From Massalongia carnosa (Eukaryota): a DNA stretch of 64,000 nucleotides. Under the pieces are notes generated by a model, which made no database searches, was not told the origin of the DNA, and saw only the letters and a list, made by a program, of their open reading frames with translations. Made by a program: the position numbers and the translations under genes. Within the stretch, counting starts at the first letter, position 1; every line of letters starts with the position of its first letter. The DNA lies in NCBI GenBank assembly GCA_965645245.1, contig OZ287070.1, positions 2,170,001 through 2,234,000 of the forward strand, in the 5' to 3' direction. Shown piece by piece: positions 26,100-36,117 of this stretch.

Positions 26100-27086
26100 A
26101 GTGAACCTAGAATGCGGAGAAGTTTAGAGAGGCACCCGAACTTCGGGCGGTCCAGGAGCAACAATCGTGACGGGAGCCTTGACGGTCTGAATTAATGCGG
26201 CAATGTCTGATTGCTGCTGGTTTGAAGGTCATGCTGGCAGCCTCTATATTGCATTGTCATCCCGATTGATGTCACTCCCTTGACTTGAAACCCGCCATTG
26301 TTCTCCGTGCTGATGGTGATAAGAGAATTAGGACCTAACTGCATCGTGACGACGTAGCCGGCTTTGAGATTCGACCCTCCTAGGACGGTAGCAGTAAAAG
26401 TGCGAGAACTTCAAAGGTGGTCGAAGTTGTAATCCTGCACCTTTCAGAAATTGCAGTCCGGACGTCGGTAGTGCAAGGGGCCGAGGCGTCGACGCAGCCT
26501 AGGTTACGCAGGCCTGTGGTCTTCCATTTGCTTACGTCGTACCCCTGTTCAATCTCAAATATGGCAAGATGATTGCCGTTTGGCGACGAGAGAAGAGAAG
26601 TGACGCGAGCTTGCGTCCAGCCATCTGACAAGAAGTAGATAGCGATTTTCTCCTCAGGAACATTGTTTGGATCGGTCCCAGGCGGCATAACGGGGCCAAG
26701 CTCATAGGAATATGCGCCTAGAATCACTTTGAGGAATTTTGATTCAAGCTTGTTAGCCTTCATCTATTGTATCCAGCCCACAAAGTCTGAACAGTTGGAG
26801 GTGGTCGTACTGCAGGGTCATACGTCGCTGCTTGTTCCAGGGGGATATAGTCTGATGCTTCGGGCGCAGATATATGATTGTCGTTGACCAGGTGAACCAG
26901 CCGAGCCACCGGGACGGGTTGGCATTGAAATGGCAGAGGGAGCCGTAGAGGCTGAAAGCAGGTTTGATGATGCAAGCTCTGATTTTTTCGTAGCTGCTTT
27001 TCGTGCTGAAGATTTACTATACTTTGGCGTGTTCGAAGGGCTAGATTGCTTGCTTCCATGAGATCGGCTGCCCGAAGTTTTCCAAT

Positions 27087-27173
<87 letters not shown>

Positions 27174-27417
27174 ATGGAATGGACACGAAATGTCATGTAA
27201 ACATAGCAGGTGCTGAAGAAACAATCAGAGTGACCATAGACGAAATCGGCGAATTCTTGTTTCCCTCAATGGACTTGGTGGTACTCGATGTGGTGGGATC
27301 CTTCTCGACGACGGTAACCCATACCCGCCTGCAATCTTCGTCTCTTGTGTCTTTAGCAACAGGAGCAGCAAGGACGGCTGCGAAAAAACCAGCAGCCGCC
27401 GCGAGAAAACCCTTAAT
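26100..27417 (-). pseudogene. Disrupted secreted protein gene with Ser/Thr-rich linker
   Basis: ATT in place of ATG before signal-like KGFLAAAAGFFAAVLAAPV. TGA at 27193, poly-Thr, further stops and frameshifts in a globular-looking C-terminal region. The 3' boundary is approximate. Confidence 0.55.
27087..27173. repeat. (TAG)29 microsatellite (poly-Thr on the minus strand)
   Basis: 87 bp of perfect TAG units. Confidence 0.97.
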
Positions 27418-28831
27418 GTTGTTGAATCTTCGACGACAAAACGCGACGGTTGCAGAAATCAAACAGAAAGAAAGTGAAGATTATTGCAAGCAGCAAGTAA
27501 TGTCGAAGGAACGTAAGATGAACTTAACTAGTCAATGACTGTTAAAATGTACGGAACCCAAGCAGAAATGCTGGCTATGCAAAGGAGAAAAACAGCCCAA
27601 CAAGACAAAATTCTTATAGAAGATGTACGCCATCCCTGCTACTCTGTAGAGATACATTAGATGGGAAATCAAAGTGTTCAAACTTTGATAATGACGCAAT
27701 CGATTAAAATGAAGTTCTCGGTCTTGCAATAGTAGGCAGTTTCAAGCGCAAAGCACCATACGCGCACCAGTCTGAGACGGCAAACTTTTAAGCTACGTTG
27801 CTAGAGCCTCGTTAACTTATCTTGGTCAGAGATCCTGATCAAACACTGGTGACAGTTCCATCTCCATGATCCAGTACTTTAGGAGAGATAGGTAACTAGT
27901 CAACCAACTACGGATGGAAACCAAAGCGATATTTCCCCGGGCGTCGACTATTGCGGTGGATGTTTGCAGTTTCTTCAAATACTCCACCTCCAAGTACTGG
28001 TTTTTATAAGCACCTGTGACCACAAGCCAATTTCAAGTCCATGAATTTTGGGAAATTTCAATGCCTTCATGATTTCACGGTTCAAATTAGACTCCGCCTT
28101 CAACGCGATGTTGCAAAAGTTTTGAGAGACTTCTGGTTCGCGTCCAGTCTTTGGATTTAATTCCAGGATTGGAATGTGGGTTTCGAGTCTAAGAATTTTG
28201 GGTGCGTTGGAGCCTCTAGAAATGGAGGAATATCAACTCACAATGCTGGCTTGCTTGCAAAGGCGACTATATGTCTCCTCTTCCGAAAGTAACGCCCACT
28301 CGTACCTTGACTTGATCAGACAGCGAATTTTCAGTGGCATAGAACAGTATTGACTGCGGCCGATTATATAAAAGCAATAAGGATGTAAAGTTCCAATAAC
28401 GTCTTCTAAACCTTTCGCTCCTGTGCCAGTCAAAACTGATTACGTTAGAGATTGAAACCACATTCGAAAAGTATAAGCTAGATACGGAAACTTATGTATG
28501 CAAAAGGAATTCAAAGAAAAGAACGAGTCATAAGAAGCCAGATGAGGAGCACGAAGTATCTAAACGGCTAGTCTAACGGTTTTTTAGGAATCTTATAGGA
28601 AAAGATTATCCAAGGTTGATGATGGCTTCAAACTCATTGGCCATGCACATTTTTCGGTTATCATACCTAGCTTCTCAACAATGCTTTTTTCAAATAAAGG
28701 CTTTGCGCATTTCATGTAATCCTGCTGGAGAGTATCACATGCATAGGAAGACTGTTAAATGTGCACGGCGAGACCAGATTCAACACGTAGTTCGTCTCCT
28801 TAATTGTATTGCTAATCGTCCAGGGAAACGA

Positions 28832-29660
28832 TTATATAATTTCTTCACTTCTCCCATCGACTGCGAAACCACCCGGCGGACCCATCTCGCCATCAACACC
28901 CGAAACAATGTTGTTATCCGAAACGGCTGAGAAGTCTAGGGAAGTTAAGTCGTCACTGATCTTAGCAGTTAGTTCGCCAACGGGATTATTGGGCTCGTTT
29001 ATACCCTCAGCGGTGGTCCCATCATTTTCAAACTTAAATGGCGTAACAACAGGTGGACACCAGTTTTTATAATACTTGGTCCCAATATATCCGAAAGTTG
29101 CAAACCCGTTTTGAGGCTCCTCGTCGCTGGGCATGTACCCTCCATACTGCAGGAGATTGTAAGGATTTGTTTCAGCCTTGCCGTTTGAACAAGTGATCGC
29201 GCAAGAGATTACTTGCATTGAAGCGGTAAGCAGATGTGACGACAAGCCTTGGATTATGAAAGACCCACGCGTCCACGTTTGATAGAGACAGTAGTCTTTA
29301 CCAAAATTCAAGGTTACGTCTTGATCAAGCCATGCGTCATCAAAGTAGACGAGCTGGTGCCATTTAGCTGGCAATTTCAAAACCGCTCTTGTGCCAGGCC
29401 TGAACCCGGCATTGATTGTCATGTGACGGTCGAAATCTGGATGGAATATTTGAAATGGTTTCTCGGGGCAGACAGCATGCGTGTTGATCTTGATGCACCA
29501 ATCGTTGGTAAACTAAATATAGTCATAGTCAGAACCACCGAAAGTATAGTCAAGTCAAAAAGTGAGGACATACAACAGTTATCACGCCCAATACAGTAGC
29601 AAAATGAGACAATAGAAGCCAGAATGCTGGATGAAGGTGGTGAATCGTGTGATGAGACAT
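28832..29660 (-). CDS. Putative secreted protein of unknown function (~255 aa)
   Basis: ATG at 29660, hydrophobic AFWLLLSHFATVLG. Intron 29573-29513 (GTATGT, CTGAC, TAG) joins in frame to FTNDWCIKINTHAVCPEKPF... and the 196-aa ORF. Confidence 0.6.
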
Positions 29661-30099
29661 AATTATAAGCTCATATCGTACGCTGGAAGCGGGGCCATCA
29701 AAAGCCCGATTTAAACCATTATTAAAGGAGAATAGAATAGAGCAGGGACCTCTGGTAGATATGGTAAGCTGGGCATGAGGTCCTAGGTCATGAGCAGCTA
29801 TGCCGTTGCTTTGCAATAACGAGGATGTGGTTCGGAGTTAGCATCCCATGGTAGATTTGTATCAATAAGATATATTGAAAGGCAACTTGCAAGTTCCCGA
29901 TGTATCCGAGAACCTTTGAACTTGCAAAGCACAAAGCATAAAGCACAAATTAAAAATCGTAGATTCGTGGATTCTATAGCGTAAGCAATAAAGTCTCCGA
30001 ACGGACCGTCCCGCTCCTGGGTATGAAATCCGAAACATTATTTACTTGAAACAGTTCGGATCATGTCCGAATGTGACTGTGCTGAGTACGTTATGACAA

Positions 30100-31400
30100 A
30101 TGATTACATAAGCTTCGTAGCACCCTCATTACCCCATGATGCTAATATTCCCTGCAACTCAAAAGCAGGACTACCTTCGAAAGACAACACCAACGTAATA
30201 CTTACGTTATTTTTTCTCAAAGGATAGTCAAGGCACAACCGAGGATTCCGTTCTTTCTTGACTAAGGCTTTATATGCTTCTTGCTCCAAAAGTATCGCCT
30301 ACTGCTTTTGAAGTTGCTTTTTTTATCCAATTTAAACTGGCAGAGAAACGGAGTATAAAGCATTCATGACAGGGAATCTTAACATAGCATAGCTCAAGTT
30401 TGTGCTCCTAGTTTCCATTGCTGTAAAACTTGAAAATTTCCAGCTCTCAATGTCCTTATTGGACCATAGTATAAATGTAGAGGTTTAAGTATAGATCATA
30501 AGGAAGCCCCTAGCATTCAGGAGTTCATCATAATATGTGTCTCTTAGTCAGAGCACAGTGCTCAGAAATGTGAGAGCAGCTGCAATAATACATCAGTCCA
30601 ACCGCAGAAAAGATAAGAAGCTAACAAGCACGAACGTAGTAATGCCTTGTAGCGTAGTTGCGCTGCATCATAGGTATTGGTGATTTGGCAAACCACGATG
30701 ATGACTCTGTTCTTTGCATCGAGGTAGAAGGCTCTGGATTTACATTATAGACTGGTATGTCTTTCTTAAGATGCTGCTTAGTAGCTTACTTCCTAGAGCA
30801 ACTTTTTAAGGAGAGGCCTAAGTTGAGAATAAGCATTTATCTTGATCTTTCAAGGGAGACGGATGGCGACTAGTGTGGCTCGCGCGCTATTATAGACATC
30901 CCCTAGCCTCACTAGATCAACAGCAGCAGTATTTTATGTCTAAGCCGTCATTTCTTAAATGTTCATCTACGCTGAGATCTCATATGAGAGCCGTGTTGCC
31001 TCGTGGATAGTCTTGTCAAGACCTATAAAGCTGGTCGGGAGAGGAGCTATTAGCTCAGATAGTAGAGTTGAGTAGGACGTAGACTTACTTTGACAAGAAC
31101 CGTGACCTGCTCTCCACCACTAAGTAGAAAGACTATTGCTTCCTCTGGGTACTCTAGCTTCGAAGCCGACGATGTCCAGCATTTCATTCATGTCTAACCT
31201 ATCACACCGGACTATCTCAGTTCTCTCGGGGCTACCAGAGAAAAACCCGTTTCTTCCACCGCTGGGATTGAGTTGTTGACAGTCTATAATGAAGAACGTC
31301 ATCCAGTTTCGTTGGGATCGAGAGAATTTGGGTCTTAAGGCTTGGTTGTTCATACTTATTGTCAGTGGCAACATGAGAGCCAAGTTATGCCAGCTTCATG
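30100..31400 (-). pseudogene. Heavily decayed unidentified coding relic
   Basis: Protein-like stretches with an intron-like GTAAGT...CTAATAG near 31088-31048 and many TAA/TAG stops. Confidence 0.3.
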
Positions 31401-31725
31401 ATGACAATAACCTGGACGAGCAATGCTTAAGAACGTTACCAATTATCGCCAAAGAAATATGATTCGAGGAACACCGCTCTGTATCTTCATTTCCCTATCC
31501 TAGTAGCAGCTATCTACAAAGCTCATCCCACAGAGATAACCCCACACTAACCTCCCTTACTAAAGCTAAAAAAGCCCTACCGCTTGCCCCATTTAAGACC
31601 CACCGGCCTCTCGCTTAACAAAAGCCTCGTCATTCCTATGCAATTTATCTTAACTTTTCCCTTACCCATGGCCATCAGCCATTCCACAACTTATTCCTAA
31701 GTGAACTAGCCAACAGACATAAAAA

Positions 31726-33165
31726 ATGGCAGTCTCGGAGCCAGAGAAACCAGAAGAAGAGGAGTTCTGGTTATTTGGTTATGGGTAAGTCATATGCCAT
31801 CAGCCAGAGAACTCCTTCTCTGTATGCTGGTAGGGTTGGATGAGTTAAGAGATATATAATAGGAGTCTGATCTGGAAGCCTCCGCCGCATTTCGGTATGT
31901 CCAACAACCACTCCGTCGGGAGCCTCTTGGGGGTCAAACCCATTCTTTTGGTTCAATGCTCTCTTCTTCCTCTGTATCTTCTCTTCTTGGCTCTATGTTT
32001 TCAAGTAATCTCTTCGGTTCCTCGCTATCTTTGGGGATGGAGGGGAAAATCTCTGCTAAAACCCCCCTTTCATAACCCCTAGACCGCCGCGTACCCGGTT
32101 ACATCAAAGGCTACGTCCGCAGATTCTGGCAGGTCTGCAACCCCTTCATCCTAGTGCCTGGATCATTTCTTCTCCTCACTCGCCCCTTAAAAACCCTTCT
32201 CCATTCACTAAGGTCTCCTCCCGACTTCCTTCTCCTCTTCCTTTTCCACACTTCCCCACCAACCCACCAACAAACCACCTGAACCAAAAAAACCCCTCAA
32301 AAATTTGAAACCAAAAAAACTAACAATATTCCGCCCATTTTCGAACTCCCAGTCGAGGTTTTCTCCCCCATTCCCCCTCCCACCTAAGAAAACACAATCC
32401 TAACCCGCATCACACCCTTCTGGCCAAACAGCGAAGACCACCGCGGCACCCCCCAAAGCCCCGGCCGCGTCGTCACCCTCCTCGAGCGCTCCTACTGGGA
32501 AACCCTCCAGGATGAAGATATCGTGCGTAAATCCCCTCTCTTTCCCTTGCCACCTGTCTCCCCAACCCCCCCCCAAAAAAACAAGATCAGCGTTCACCCC
32601 GCCCCCCCTAAAACAAGTAAATAACAAACCCTAAAATCCCCACCCATTCCCTCACCCACAGTCCTACCCACACGTCTGGGGCGCTGCGTATCGCATCCCC
32701 ACTTCCCAAATTCCGGCCGTGAAAGCCTACCTCGACATCCGCGAAATCAACGGTTACAGCATCCAGCACACGGATTTCTACCTCTCCCCTTCCTCTTTAT
32801 CTGCCCAATATCCTCCTCCCGCAATAAGAAACACCCTCCTCTACATCGGCCTACCCACGAACCCGCAATTCCTCGGCGTCCAACACCCGCAGGCGGTAGC
32901 GGAAGTGATCGCTAAGAGCAGGGGTCCCAGTGGGGAGAACGCTGAGTATTTGTTTATGCTAGAAGAGGCGCTGAAGGCGCTCGGACCAGGGAGCGGGGAC
33001 GAGCATGTTAAGGGTTTGGGGAATCGAGTGAGGGCGCTTATTAAAGGGGAGGATAATAGCGCGGAAAAGGGGTCATGGACGGGGGTTGGGGTAATCGGAC
33101 CATCAACAGACAACGGCCGAAAGACCACCACGGGCAACGAGCAAGCAGAGGTGGAGAAGGGGTAG
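31726..33165 (+). CDS. GCG1: ChaC-family glutathione-specific gamma-glutamylcyclotransferase
   Basis: Exons give FWLFGYG|SLIWKPPPHF|DRRVPGYIKGYVRRFWQ|SS|EDHRGTPQSPGRVVTL...VWGAAY...YLDIREINGY...GPSGENAEYL. Confidence 0.92.
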
Positions 33166-33739
33166 CTGCTTTGTATAAAATCTTTAAAGAAAAGCTCGTG
33201 ATATTGTAGGACGCTCAATCTTCTTCGTGACAGAACCTTTGCAGGTCGCACAACTATCTAGAACGAACCATGGGATAAGCCCAAGTTTGGCTCTTTGATC
33301 GGCAGACAAGAATCAGACTTGATAGGTAAAGTTGACTGAGCGGATGCGACATTGATTGAGAGAAAAAGTGCTTTTAGGGGGAGTGATGAGAAGGTTTGTT
33401 GTGCTAATGAGAGTTGTTGGGATCGTGGTGATGAGGTTACAAGAAATTTCATCCGCCACGCCTATTTGCGCCTGTGCATGAGAGTGCTAAGATTAGAAGC
33501 CACTTCCAAGTCCTAAAAAGAGAGAAAAAATCCTTGGCGCTAATGTCGGATCTCTTGGTATGCAGATGCATACATTGAACCAAGATCCGAGAGCCATAAC
33601 TGCCAAGAATCCTTTCCGCTCAGCTGTACTTGTCCGCTACCGTCCGTCAAAGATGTCTGCAAATACTGTTTGTCCTTCGGCTCGCTAGATATCTAAGCGC
33701 AAGAATATAGGCCGTGTCGAAATCTTGTCCAGGATCAAT

Positions 33740-34506
33740 TTACCAACGGCCACCACCGCCGCCACCTCCCGATTGGTTGTCATACCCTCCACCACCACCT
33801 CCGTAAGATTGGTTACCTCCAGAGTAATGCTGACTACTACCTCCACCATTGTATCCTGAATCTGCGGTAAACATATGAGCAAACTCAACAAAGGGGAATA
33901 GAAATCTACTTACCTCCTCCTCCTCCTCCGCCACGGTTGTCATATCCACCGCCACCTCCGCCGTCTGGAAATGTTAGAAAATTAAGACTAGGGACAGGTT
34001 AAGCCTTACTATATCCTCCATTTCCGTACCCTCCGCCACCACGCGAGTTGTAGCTTCCTCCTCCACGTCCGCCACTTCCGCCGCCTCCGCCGCCTCCACC
34101 GCCACGCTCGGAAGCTTTATCAACGCGAATAGTGCGACCATCAAATCTATATATATTAGCCAAGAAAGAAGTAAAAGATAAGAATCGTCTAAATTTACTC
34201 AACATTGTTCATTGCAGCAATAGCTGAATCAGCATCGGATTCTTGGCTGAAGCGAACGAACCCGAATCCACGACTACGGCCTGTATCACGATCTTTGACG
34301 ACGATCTACAAAATAGACGTTAGGTAAGGTTCCACACCAGAGGATGAGAGACAATACAGCTTCCTCAACCGCGCCGAACTCTTCGAACTTGGCACGGAGA
34401 GCGCTGTCATCAGTGTGCCAAGCAAGGCCACTAGATCATACTTAGTGCTCGAAATCCAAATTAATGGGACGCGGCTAAGAACGTACCCAATGAATAACTT
34501 GGCCAT
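33740..34506 (-). CDS. Glycine-rich RNA-binding protein (single RRM + Gly/Tyr tail)
   Basis: MAKLFIG|GLAWHT (RNP2), [10 protein letters not shown] (RNP1), [11 protein letters not shown], several short exons, ends GGGRW*. Confidence 0.93.
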
Positions 34507-34524
34507 TTTGAAGTGATGTTTCGC

Positions 34525-34716
34525 TCAGTTGCAGTGGACTATGAAACTCTCAATCTCAAATCTCTCACAGCAAACGCACTCGCACTGGTCGATTTGAGGA
34601 AGAACAGGCAGATAGTATGACACGGAAACATCGATGTGATACATGACCGGCGCACAAGAGCAAGGAGCATTGGGTATATCAGGGTCAGTAGACGTGGAAG
34701 AGCAGCGGACGAACAT
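34525..34716 (-). CDS. Candidate 63-aa Cys-rich upstream ORF of the glycine-rich RBP gene
   Basis: MFVRCSSTSTDPDIPNAPCSCAPVMYHIDVSVSYYLPVLPQIDQCECVCCERFEIESFIVHCN*, stop 18 nt before the RBP ATG. Confidence 0.45.
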   Translation of the reverse strand: MFVRCSSTSTDPDIPNAPCSCAPVMYHIDVSVSYYLPVLPQIDQCECVCCERFEIESFIVHCN

Positions 34717-36117
34717 CTCAAAGGTTGGTGTTGTTGTTGGGGTTGTTCGTGTGGTTTTTTGATTGCTGTGTGGAGATAAGTTTAGGATCGAGTCGTATGT
34801 AGAAATGCGACTCAAGTTGGAGACGATAAGACAGATCACTCGAAGTATCTGTTGTTGATGGGTTTGATCGATCCTGATGTTAAGGTGAGGAAAAAAGTCT
34901 AGAGAGAAGAAGGGTTTGAGAGATTGAGGGGGAGTGGGAGAAAGTGGGATGGACCTTGAAAAGTAGGAAATTGCCCCTCTTTTATCGCTAAGCCTATACG
35001 GGAGGAAAGAACGCCATTTTCTTTCGCAATCTTTTACTTTCCTTTACGTTCGAACACCCTCACTTTCTTTGTTCTCGGGTTTCAAGACGTCCGTCCAGCA
35101 CATGTGCAGAATGAGTGAAGTGAAGATCCAATGGAACAAGATGAAATATGCTCCGTACGGGTGATACTCGTTGCACCCAATCTCCCACTTCGATGAGCGA
35201 AAACGTGGCTTCATCAACCGATCGAGTTGGCATCTTTGCTCAGCGTGGTCTCGTGACTTAATCTGGATGCAGCTCATCGATTCGCACTCATTACCAAGCA
35301 TCGTGCAGCATCTCGTCCGTCTCTCTCGTCAAATCACATAGACGCGTCAATATAGAAGAGCCAAGCCCACGCTGCATCTTATCGGACTCAACAAAATGAT
35401 CGAGATGTCATGTACATTGTAGCGATCCCTCCGAAAATCGGCGATTAACGAGAATGTTCCGTGACGAGATCTGGAACCTCATCGCAGGCTTGCTGACCTT
35501 ACTGTCGCTGGCAATAAGCGAGACTGGTAGCCAGCAATGCCGCAACTGTTGTAGTTTTGTAACTGCTGCAATGCTGCAATGCTAATGGTGGAATCTCGTT
35601 GGTGATCAGTATGCAAGGCTAGCAAGAGATTAGGGAGATACAGAGCAAGTACTTTGTACTGAGGTATCTGTACCTATAGTATAATAAACGCTTGAAAGTA
35701 CTGAGACTTTCCAACTCAATGAAGCCTCATTCTAATGACCTCGTCGGGGTTGAATCCAGACTCGCCCTTTGTAGCTCGGGGGCTCATCATTAGATGCGAG
35801 GCCTAAGACGGATGAAAAATCTTCTTGTTCAACCCCGGGAAACTTATATCTTGTTAGATAAAGTACCTCGTCATTTGATTCTTCGCTAATTCTACAAATT
35901 TATTTCTCGGGTGCTGTGTTCCTAGACACCTACATACCTATCGTGGCAATATGGGGTTCCTTTCCCAATCAAACTGAAGCTTGGTCGTTCCTGCCCTTTC
36001 CAATGCCCTTGGCCTTCAAAACTTACATCCCGTGCCATATCGCCCCCCAGCCGTAGCCCCAATTGCTTCGGGAACACCAGATACAAGTCATGGACAAAGT
36101 GAAACCCTCCCAACCTC

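Noticed and set aside
14200..31500. Starship-type giant element as the explanation for the accessory block
   Set aside because: No DUF3435 tyrosine recombinase captain or recognisable boundary repeats seen.
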